In this document: positions 37,501-49,500 of the stretch, piece after piece | How positions within the stretch are numbered: the stretch's first letter is position 1 | Layout of the letters: each line of letters begins with the position of its first letter | NCBI RefSeq assembly: GCF_964204645.1 | Contig: NC_134033.1 | Location: 15,508,655 to 15,572,654 of the forward strand | Length of the DNA stretch: 64,000 bases | Reading direction: 5' to 3' | Origin: Tubulanus polymorphus | Lineage: Eukaryota > Animalia > Nemertea | Translations under genes and position numbers: made by a program | The notes under the pieces: generated by a model | Told to the model about the DNA's origin: nothing | The model's input: the letters and a program-made list of their open reading frames with translations, nothing else | Database searches by the model: none

Positions 37501-40500
37501 ATTTGACCAGTTTAAGGAGGAGGGTACTTTGATCTGTTTGAGAATTGCGGCTCCAATGGTATATGAGTGACGGTAAGTTTTAACTTAGAAAGTATTTTGA
37601 GGTTGGGTCAAATCTACTTCTATTCCGGGGTGGAGTACTGGAGTCGCTGATGCACTATTCATTTCGGAGAATTATGCTTTATTTTCAACAGGGCTTGCAT
37701 TATTAACGTTTGCAGCAATCGGCAGTGGTACAGTTGAATTACCTCAATCACCACCATGCATGCATCCAAAATAAACCCCGGTTTTTCTTGCGTTTTTTGT
37801 TTTTATTTTATGTTTTACCTGGGTTTTTAGCTAAATGGCGCAAGCAATGTAAGTCTAGTACACGAAATAAAAAACTTTTTTTGAAAACTCTTTCACGCAA
37901 TCTTCATCTAAACCCTGTATACGAAAATATGAACATTTCGAACTATCATCATTTTCATTGGATGAAATATTTCGGCTTTCTTCATCTAGAGTGCGGTGTG
38001 ACCCTCAGTCTACTGTCCGTTCTAACTGTTTTCTCATGGTTTCTCCTTGGTTCTTGAGATGGCTGCTTCTATGAATCCTCCTATGTCGTCGTCAAAACTT
38101 TGAGAATTCGGAAAACCTCGGTTACAAATATGTAATTGGTTATTTGTGGAGGCAGCCATATTTTTCTGGAGAGGTCTATAAATCTTTAAACTTCACAAGT
38201 ATTTTTCTTACATTCAATATCGCAGTATTTATTGCTTTTCGTTGCGGTTTGAGGGAAACATTTATTATTTTCAAATAAAACGAACGTGTCCTTATTGCCG
38301 TGGTGACCTTTAATTTTTTTTTTTTTCGTAGCTCACACAAACTCTGAATCGGAAGGAATCTATCGTACAATTCTCGAAGCAAATCTGGCATCGGAAATTG
38401 GTCTGGTAACGCTAGACGTGGTTAGTCTTTACTGCAACAACTTTAGGGTAAGGAAAAACATTTTTCACATAAATTAGAAATCTTTCAAACGGTGATAGTA
38501 GAATTTGAGGATATCAGGAACTGTTTTGATATGTTCGTTGATATTTTCAGGATCAGTTGATATTTCGTCAGGGGGTGATAAATATTTTGATATGTTTGAT
38601 GATATTTTCAGGATCAGTTGATATTTCGTAAAGGGGTGATAACTGTTTTGATATGTTTGAGGATATTTTCAGGATCAGTTGATATTTCGTAAAGGGGTGA
38701 TAACTGTTTTGATGTTTGATGATATTTTCGGGATCAGTTGATATTTCGTAAAGGGGTGATAACTGTTTTGATATGTGTGTCGATATTTTCAGGATCAGTT
38801 GATATTTCGACAGGGTGATAACGGCGTGATGCTGAAGATATTCGATATTTACGTATCGTTGGTACAACCGACTCAATCTGAACAGTTGCTCAAACATGTA
38901 TTCGCTTCTTTACGTGCTTTCATACACAAGGTAACTAACCTACCGTACATGATATTTATCGATTGTTAAAACTTGTTTTCCTGCGATATTTGGAGTATTT
39001 GCTTCATTTGGGTTCAAACCATGACAGCAAAAATCTATGGTTCAGGCAGAACCATCGATATCATAAAAGTACTGTACTGATTTAAAGGGTTGCCAAAGAG
39101 TATTCCTTTACTCAATTTGAATCACCGAAAAAGTTCCCGTTTTGTGAAATGTCTAAGGTTTGAATGTTGAATACTTGAACATATCCCATGAATATTGCTC
39201 AAATCACCCTTTTAGATCACTGTTTACATGAAGTGATTAGTATTGTACTATTTGCCATTCGTAATTCCCATCCCATTCATGGTGTCAAGTATTATTTAGA
39301 ATTGCGTTCATTGGTAGGGGGTTTGAAAATCCACAATTTATGACCCAGAAGCTAAAATATCTGACCCAAAACTGACTTCATATCCAAGTTATTTGTATAT
39401 TTAGAATGTTCAATCCTTTCTATTGTACAGTTTCCTGTGGTGCTGTTTCACGGCAATGCTGACATCTGCGGAAAACTGTGCAAAGAGGTAAAACACAAGT
39501 TGAAATTCAAGCTTCTTTTAACGAATGTAATATTAGAATATGTTTCCTACAGCTGATAGTTTATTCATTCTACATTTCGACTTTATTCATTCTACATTTT
39601 GACTATATCGTAACAGGCATCTTCAGCCAGACTGATTACTATATCTATCTGATCACTGGCAGACTGATCACTATTATCATCATAGCACGGACTCAGATTG
39701 TGTCGTTAATAGTTTTAATGAATGTATATTGAACGTTGAATATTGATTTGTAGATATTGCGATGTTGTAATTCGAAATTACGATCGATCAGAAACGAAGC
39801 GTGCGCTCTGATGTATCTATTGATGAGGAGTAATTTTGAATTAACGGGGAAAAATGGATTCACGAGAGTTCATCTTCAGGTACGTTAAGCGTTTCGACGA
39901 GATCCATTTATAATGGGATTAGGTTGATGAATTCAGTAGTTGATGTCCTACTGCACATCAGCACACCTGGTGGATCCTCACTTGCCACAAGTGGAATCCT
40001 ATAATTGCTGCAGTAGTACATATCCTACTGCACACTAGCAACACCTGATAGATCCTCACTTGCCACAAGTGGAATCTTCTATTGCTGCAGTAGTGCATAT
40101 CCTACTGCACATTAGCGACATTTGGTGGATCCTCACTTGCAACAAGTGGAATCCTCTACTGCCACAGTCGACTGCATTGGATATACTTTTTAAACATCTT
40201 TTAATTAAACTGCTAAGAAAATGTATTTGAGAAAGTCAGTAAATTCTGTTTAATTCAGATTATGTTTAATTTTTCAGACGATAATATCAGTATCGCAGCT
40301 GATCAGTGATGTTACAGTATTGAGCGGTTCCAGGTTCCAGGATAGTTTATCCGTCATCAACTGTTACGCCAACAACGACAAAGCTTTACAGGTAAGAACA
40401 GATCAGTTGTAGAGTAGTTGCGTCTACAAATAATTACGGCTGGAAATGATTTGAAAATCTTGAAAAAGTCTGATGATCCCTACCCTAGGTGATGCTTCTT

Positions 40501-43500
40501 TATAATAATCATCATATTTTATGAACTGATGAGACTGATTTCAATGAAACTTTGTATGCTTCATGGGACCAACATTTACATCAAATTGGCAGAAAACCTG
40601 TTATAGCTGCTTTGCTATCATTTGTTTTCAAGCCTCGTACTGCATGGACTGATGCACCTTTAGGAACCTTGATGTTTTAAAAAATCTGAACTTTTTTTTA
40701 GATGAAAAATATTTCTTCAAGACTTATCTAAGTTCAACGGTTATCTCTTTGAGTTCTACCATTATGTCCTTAATTGAACGATGATCTGTTGAGTTAATCG
40801 TATACTACTTGAGCATAGTCTTAATTCTGTGGCCTCAGGACCTGGTTTCACAGTTATAACATATTCAAAAATTGGATTGAATCTATCAAAAACCGTCTTG
40901 ATCTGATTGGGTCAAAAAGAGTTCATGTCTGAGCTTTCCGACGATTATCAATAGATGGTACCAGTAGACGATGAATTTCTTTTCTAATTGCAGCAAACGC
41001 GGTTTCCGTCGGAAGTGAAAGATTTGACGAAACGAATTCGTACGGTTTTGATGGCGACCGCTCAAATGAAGGAACACATGAACGATCAGGAGATGTTGAT
41101 AGATTTACGATACAGTCTAGCTCAGTCTTACACGAGTACGCCGGAGTTACGTAAAACATGGCTCGATTCGATGGCTCGAATTCATTCTCAATACGGCAAC
41201 TACTCCGAAGTACGTTCAAAAAATAAATCGTCGAAGTCATTAACAATGAGAAAATCGGCTCATTTCTAAATGTTTTTTGCTTATTTTGTTCATAGGCAGC
41301 CCATTGCTATCTTCATGTAGCAGCATTAGTCGCTGAGTACTTAAAACGCAGAGGTGAGTACCTGTTAGCTATGTTTTTGCACTGAAATCAATACTCGTAG
41401 CTGAATGTCGGGTACTCATAATCTAACTTCGTTGATTATTCCTTGTGCTCATGAGATTAATGCAATTTTAGGATCTGTTTCATTCTCACAATCTTCCTAA
41501 TCACAGAAAAAACTCTTAACATAATCCAACTAGAATTTCACTAATAACTACTTGCTTGTAATTTCTGCTATCCACCACTATTTTGCTTAAGAGGAATAGA
41601 TTTTACTAACTATTTATTATTCAAACTTAAATGAAAATTTGATCATGAATCAAATTAAATCCATAACTGTGAAACAAGATATTGTGCCAAGACCTATAAT
41701 TTCTTGTCATTGGGTTGTGCAGAGTCCTATAAGTGCTCGAACTGTGTCATCATTGGTTTATGACGCTGAACCCAGTTTTAGAGTTAATTCTCAGATCATT
41801 ATCACTCAAAGGGTCATTAACTGAGAACTGCGGAACTGACTCCTGTGAACACATACTCGGTCTTCACGTGGTGTAATTAACTCAATTGTTTTGAATCTTT
41901 GTTTTTCGATCGTAGGAAAGCTACATCGTAAGTAACCACAGCTATGAACACTAACCGGTATATCGTACTTATCAACTATATGCAAACGGAATGAATAATC
42001 CGACAACGATGATATTTCAAAGTTTACTTATCGAGCAGTTTCGAGGTTTATCTAAACAAATAGTAATTATGCCTGTAGATAGGATTTGGGGAGCGGTGTG
42101 GCCGAGTGGTTAGAGCGTTCGGCTCTGGGAAGCCAGGTCGTGGGTTCGAACCCCGTACATTGCCGTAGTGTCCTCGGGCAAGACACTTATCCTCATTGCC
42201 TCTCTCCACCCAGGAGTAAATGGGTACCTGGCCTGATAGATGCGTTTGTTAGCAGCACGGTGTTACTTCTCTCCGGGAGAGATGCCTGATACATGTTAGA
42301 GTATAAAAATTGGCCGGGGTAATAATACTGAAAATGTAAAGCGCTCTGAGCAGCCTGGCTGGATTTAGCGCTATATAAGACACATATTATTATTATTATT
42401 ATTTAGTTTAATTTCAAAACGGTCAGATGAATATAGTTTGAAATATCATTGTTGGATTGTTCATTATCTTCATCATTGAAGATTCATCAGTTTATCCATC
42501 ATATTGATGTACATGTTTTGTACAGTGTTTGAAAAAGCATTAACCGGGCTAAGAATTATTGAAATGAACAATTTAGACACATGTTTGGTGCCATCAATTT
42601 TGACCTTTGGAGTTCACTTATTTGCTATATATGACTTACTACATACCCTGGTTAATGTCATTAGTATTACAGGGCTGCCAACCCTCCCGAATTATTCGGA
42701 ATCCTCCCGATTTGCGTGAAGAAATTCCGACGATACGATCGGGTATACAAAATTCCGACTTTTTTTTTCTTTTTCGGCGATGTCCGATTTTCCACCCGCC
42801 AGCGCGATGTAACAAAATATGATGATTTGGTAGAACAGAATTGAATAGGTGGGGAATTTATATGCACGCCCGCGGTGGATGAGTGCGTGGCTATATACTG
42901 TGTACGTGGGTCAGGCGATAAACAGCGCTTACTAGCGCGCGCGTGCGTGCGTGTGTGTGTATGAGAGTAGCTGTGTTATTGATTTTATCTACGCATGGCG
43001 TACGATTATTCCGTAGTAGGAGAGCAGCTTTTTAATTTGTTTCAAGAATAAAAATAAAGTTCATTCGTTTTAAAATACGTTGTTTTCAATCATTTTTGTG
43101 AAAATATTATGACATGTGGCAAAATGTGATTGTTATTGTCAAATTGCTCCGCATCGTTTCGGAGAAGAATCGGTTTACTGCGGTAATTAGCTCGTTTTCG
43201 CAGCGCGATTAGCATTCGAAGATCCGGGTTAGATTTCAACGTGTGGACTCTTTGAAATGTTTCGGTAAGCAATTGCTTTGCTAGTTTGAACCTTAATGTT
43301 GTCACTCTTGTGTTAGTTTGATTTAAAAAGATAATTTAAGATGCTTTTGAGCAGTGCATCTCAAAGTAAACTTTTAGTTCGCATATTTGGCAGATGGCAG
43401 CACCATCGAGTAGCATGTAGATTTAGAGACTTTTTACTGTTTGTATCTTTCAGTTCTGTACGTGGAGTCTCTCTTGGACAGTATCATGGAATTGATGCTG

Positions 43501-46500
43501 GAAATGGATATATTCGCATGACAGCTGTATAGTGTTATGTAATTCGTTTGACAATTTATGCCAGTTTTATGTTCTTATTTTTTAGTCTATTGTATATTTT
43601 TGATAAACACTGTTGATTTTTATCTTTCATAAAATAATAAAGAAAAAATACATTCTGTAGAATTTGCTGATTTTTTATTTTGCTAATAATTCCATATTTT
43701 CATATCCAGCTTTCATATATTACACGTGAAAGGTATTCCTAATTGAAAGCAAAATATTCCTACTTGGAAAAGTCACAATTTCTTCGGTTTCGATATATTC
43801 CTATTGAAACCTTCAATATTCCTAATTAATCTGCCATTCATCCCTAAATGGAATTTTGAAAGGTTGGCAGCCCTGGTATTAAGGAGGTGCCCGAATTCAT
43901 TTCTTTACCTCCAAAACAGTTGATATTGTATTTTTTTGTGTTGTTTTTGATATTGTCACATTATTCAGTTATGTTATCGTGGGGATGATTCATAAAGTAC
44001 CTCGGCTCTGCTCTGTATTATCTGAAGCCTCTCATAGGAGACGAGGCCTATGTTTTGAACTCTCCCTGAATGCATTCTTTATGGACATCCCCTACGTAGA
44101 TGCATGCTGCCCGTATCCCCTTTAAACATCTCCGGCTTACAGCACTGCCATATTGTGAACATAGCTGTAAGTGATATACAACCAATGCCACCTGGTGTTT
44201 ATTCTGTAAACCGTTGTGTGTCTTTGAAAGGTGAAGTGATTGCGGTGATTCTTTATTCATTCGTTTCCAAAGTTTTCAAAATATTTTCTAAAACCATGTT
44301 TTCTGTGTATGAGTATGTGAACAGCTTTTTGGTGATCGTTGAAGAAATTGGAATAATCGATGTTCAAATTAAAGTCTTTAACTCTTGGTCGAGCAAACTG
44401 GGAATTTGAGATAGATTAAGAGATACCTCACTAAGGTCTAGGAATTTCCGTGGTTTATCGATATATGTTTGTTTATTTCAAGGGGTTTATCCGCAAGGAT
44501 GTGCTGCATTCAAACAAATATCGCCGAATATCGAAATGGAAGAATCGGGAATCAAAGATGATTCAGGGATGGAAGATGTACAGTATTCGGAGGTGAGAAT
44601 TATATATCGTATACCAGCTGCTTCTTAGTTCAAACTCTGGAGTCAAAATAAATTTTTTGCACAGTCAGGATTTAGAAATGAAACCATTCTAGGCATATCT
44701 TAGGTTAATAAGCAATCTAAACTACTTCAGACAAGATCATTTTGGTTCCATAGACAATCTAATAACTTGAGACCAGTCTAAGCTTATTTTAGTTCTATTA
44801 CCAATCTAACAACTTAAAATCAGACTTAACGATGATTTAACTCTGAGACCAATATGAATTTTTTTCAGGATACCCTTGTTGATTTGCTGGAAGAATGTGC
44901 AGAAATGTTTGAGAAAGCCGAACGCTATGAAGTGATGGGTGATCTGTATAGACTAGTTATACCTATTTACGAGGCGCAAAGAGACTTCCAGGTAAAAACT
45001 ATTGACTCGGTGCTGGTCAAATCAGTTTGTCGCTCCACAATAAACCTACCCAGTTGACCATTTAGTACACCCAGCGTTATAGGGTATGAAAGTAATATAT
45101 TTATTTGTCGTTATAGAAACTAGCCGATACGTATTTGAATTTACACAGAAACTACAGTAAAGTAGTCGAAGTGATGCAAACCGGTCGTCGACTGCTCGGG
45201 AAATATTTCAGAGTCGCATTTTTCGGACAGGTAGGTTAAAAAAATATGTTCGAAGATTTTCAGTAGTCTTTACCGAGTTTCTGTCCTTTCCATACAGCAC
45301 CCGATCTATATATTTGTAACAGTTGTTTGAAGAGGAGAACGGACGGCAGTATATCTACAAAGAACCGAAGGTCACCTCATTGTCGGACATTTGCGAACGT
45401 CTGAAAAATCTGTTCACGGATAAATTCGGTAAAAACACCGTCAAACTGATCATGGATTCGAAAAAGGTGAGGAAAAGCTTTGTTTAATGAGTGTATGGAG
45501 CTTGGAAAACCGACTAGTAGTGCCCCTGGTGGATCCTCAATTGCCACAGTAGGCAAAACTTGTAGATAGCGATTGCAAGCTTGGAAAACTGACTACTAGT
45601 GCAACTGGAGTAACCTGAATCACCACAGTTGGTAAAACTTGTATATATTGATTGTAAGCATGGAAGATTGACTACTAGCACCCCTGGTGGATCCTCTATT
45701 GCCACAGTTGACAAAACTTATATATTGAGTCAGAGTGTGAGCATAGAAGACTGACTACTACTGCCCCTGGTGGATCCTCTATTGCCACAGTTGACAAAAC
45801 TTATGTATAGTGATTGTAGGGTTTTAATACTAACTACTAGCGCCCCTGGTGGATCCTCTATTGCCACAGTTGTTTTATATTTATCGTGATGCGATTGTTA
45901 TTGTACTCATTTCAGGTGAATGTCTCGGAATTGAGCCCGAAATTGGCGTACATTCAAGTGACGTACGTCACCGCTCATTTCGAGGAACATCAGGAACAGA
46001 ATCGCGTCACCGACTTCGAACGTAACAACAACATTAAACATTTCATGTTCGAAACGCCGTTCACGAGAAACGGAGATCGAGCGCGCGGCGAAATCGAGGA
46101 TCAGTGGAAAAGACGGACTGTACTTACGAGTAAGTAATCCATTTATGAGTCCGGACTGATGTTAAAATGTTTTCGGTGAATTGAATTGATGTCAGGATCG
46201 GCAGTAGCATCAAATTGTCATCAGATAAGTCGTCACATTGCTCAGTTGGTTGAGTGGAGGACTGGGAACCAGGAGGTCCCTGGTTCGAAACCACCTCTGG
46301 CATTTGCTGCCGAGACACATACATGGACTAAGCTCTGCTAACTTAGTCAGGTTGTGAGTCATAACAACCTATAAAAAGGTCCTGGCCGTCTCTTAAGACC
46401 CACTAGGGTTACACTGTTACTTGCAGTTAGTATGCTAAACTTCTAAATATTTCTGAAGTTGTACCTATTTTTGAGTCCTAATTGGTAATTTCAATTCTAT

Positions 46501-49500
46501 AACTAAGTGAATGTTCTCATTTGGATATCCATAATTACTGGCTCCAAATTCAAAATTAAGACAAGTCTCAATAATGTATGAAGTGTATTTTGGTCTGTGG
46601 AACTGAGATCCAGGAGTTTCCTCTTCTTTCTAATTTCTTTGCGCTTCAATTTTCTAAATTTTTCAACAGTTCTGTTTGGTTAAAACAATTCAAAATCCCT
46701 CTCATCAAACGATGAAGTCAATCGTAGGCGAACTCAGTAATAAGAGTACATTAGAATTTAAGGATCTCTCATTTTTTTGTAGCTTCGAATTCGTTTCCGT
46801 TCGTGAAAAAACGAATTCAAATCGTTTCGCATCACGAGATGGAACTATCGCCGATAGAGGTCGCCATCGATACAATGCAGTGTAAAAATATGGATTTGAA
46901 CGAAGTGATTTTGTTGCCAATTCCGGACATGATTAAACTTCAACTCAGACTTCAGGGATCTGTCAGTGTACAGGTAAAGTGTATTTTGTTATTAAATCAC
47001 CGGCGGAGACATTCACTTGTCAGTTTAAAGCAAGTTAACATTGAATTGGATTGAATTGAAAAAAACTGGGAGATTTATGAGATATTCATGAGTTTTATAC
47101 CAAGGTTGTAGACTTGTTGTTGGAACTGCTCTCTCAAAGAGCTATTCTCTTCAAATAGAAAACTGACAGATATTTGACGAGTTTTGTACTGAGGATACTT
47201 ATAGTCGCAGCAACAGTCTTACAGAGCGGTTCTCTTCATTACAAACAGAAAACTGATAGGGTATTTAACAGGATATTTAGGATATTTAACAGCTAAAGAT
47301 CTTTTAGGGTTGTATACTGACGTTATATACAGACTTAAAGTTTAAGTTCAAAGCCGGTGTGTATGGAGTGTTGACGGAGTTCAAAAACAAATTCAATGGT
47401 TTCAAATCTAGAAATATGGATACAATATATAAAGTTGTTCTCATAGAAATAACAATATCTATGTATGTGGCATTTGTGAATTGCAGGTAAATGCCGGTCC
47501 AATGGCATTAGCTGAAGCATTCCTGGCCAAAGAAAAAACGAAACTTTATCCGAAAAATCACGTGGAGGCTTTGAAACAAGTGTTCAGGTAAGAAATCCAG
47601 TACCACGCAAGAACCTATGACGGTTTAGGTGTCGTCTCAAATAATGGTGTCTAAAGATGATTGAATAAAGATGATCCAGCCCTGATGTCGGTTGCCCGTG
47701 TACAAGCGCATAGAGTTTTAAGTATATTCGACAGTTTTTAAACCCATACACGAGGTTGCACCTATGTACCTTCAGGATGTCCTGTCTGTGTGTAAGCCAT
47801 AGATTTCCTTTGCGCTCAGAGAGTGACACTTTCTCGTGTTTTACCTAAAACTATGTTTTATGTCGGTAGATCTTTTTCACGTGCAGCAGCAATTTTATGG
47901 AATAAATTTACCTGTTAAGCCTATTATTATTTATTAATTATAATGTAAAAACAGATTTATCATGTATCTGATTTGTTTTTATTTCCTTCAGGGAATTCGT
48001 GCATTTATGCAACGCTGCGTTGATTTTAAACGCGAAACTGATCACATCGGAACAAATGGAATACCACGAGACTATGAGAGTGAATTTCAGCGAAATGGTC
48101 AATCAACTGAACGTCATATTCAACGAACAGGTCAGCGAAAAAAACACTCCACAAATTATTCATTCTCGATCATGTGATTATCTGAATCGAACACACCCTC
48201 GCCCGGCAGGGGTTCGAACCTGATGGCATCGAGATTGCCACGATACAAAACCCTGCCACGCTAGACCGAGTGTGCAGCTACATGCGCAGCTTAGATGATG
48301 TCATTATTAGCCAATCAGATATCCCATTTGATTTGGTGCCGCAAGTTTTCATGTACCTGCGCACACGGTCTAGTTTGGAAAGGTTTCGTGCTGTGGCTGA
48401 GTGTAACGATGCCATCAGGTTCGAATCCCGGCTGAGTGAGGATGATTTAAACATGGCCGCCAGTAATTTACTATACCACTTTCGAGCCAGTTCCATAGTT
48501 TTAATTTCAGATTTGACTGTGGGTTTCGAATATTTCAAATAAACTAATTCCATGGTTAACTGTGGAACTGGTTTCTTGGGCCAGTAAACGTAGTCCGAGT
48601 GTTGTGAAATCTGAAGACTCGTCTTAAGTTGTTAGATTAGCTATAGAACGAAGATGCTCTTAGACTGGTCTTAAATCTGGCCCTGGATCCAATTTCCAAA
48701 AGTTGTCTACATCTAAAGACCAGTCTGATTGGGCATAAAAACTAAGATAGTCTTAGACTAGTCTTAAATCTAAGCCATGACTGTGCAACTGGCTCCTGCT
48801 GTGTAACTCACTATAAGCACAGATCCGTTGGATGTTTATGATTTAAATGAAAGAAATTAAAAATCGTTTTTATTTCTCTCTCAGTTTTTCTTATCGCATC
48901 CACGGAAACGTTCCAGGTTCTCGATTTTACGTCGTACTTCGCGCATGTTATTTACGTATATATGTATTTTTTTACCTATTTCCTCTTTCCTTAGTTTACA
49001 TACAACCTATTTCATTATCCCAGTGGTTCGAACGTGCATCCATTTCTACAATTGTAGGTTCTTTCACTTGATTCAGTTACTAGTTTGACTTACAATTATA
49101 TTCAGCGGTTCTCTATGGGTCTCCTAGTGGCAACTGTACCGAACATCCCTCACCCTTGACTTAAATATCTCCCACCTATCCCCTACACCTCTTCCCTGAA
49201 CCATCAGGAATGTTCCAGTCAGTGTAAAAGGTTCCTATATAAGTACCCAGCTTGCTTCTCATTGAAACCTGGGGGTTCCTTAGTTTTCCTGACTTTTGTT
49301 TGGGCATCTAGCACCAACATCCCGATTTATTTTACAGACCCTGTTCTACAGCTGAAGTTGAAGAAAAATTGGGACACTTTTGGGACTTGCTATGAGGGCA
49401 ATAGATCTCGATGAAAGGGGCAACATTTGTATCCCTGACAAGAGTACTGGATCCAGTTTCAACGGTCATGAGTTAGAGTTAACTCTGAGTTAAAATTAGT

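Larger units (their letters stand above)
40994..48130 (+). other. DOCK DHR2 catalytic GEF domain-encoding exons (exons 36-45)
   Basis: [20 protein letters not shown]...[19 protein letters not shown]...YFRVAFFGQ...YIYKEPKVT...FMFETPFT...LSPIEVAID...[13 protein letters not shown]. The nucleotide-sensor valine loop is intact. Confidence 0.93.

Noticed and set aside
37543-37572. Possible exon ending at the GTAAGT donor at 37573
   Set aside because: The only phase-compatible acceptor is a weak GAG and it creates TAA at the junction
44050-44430. ORFs suggesting a retroelement or nested gene
   Set aside because: No recognisable motif; at most an old remnant that cannot be supported
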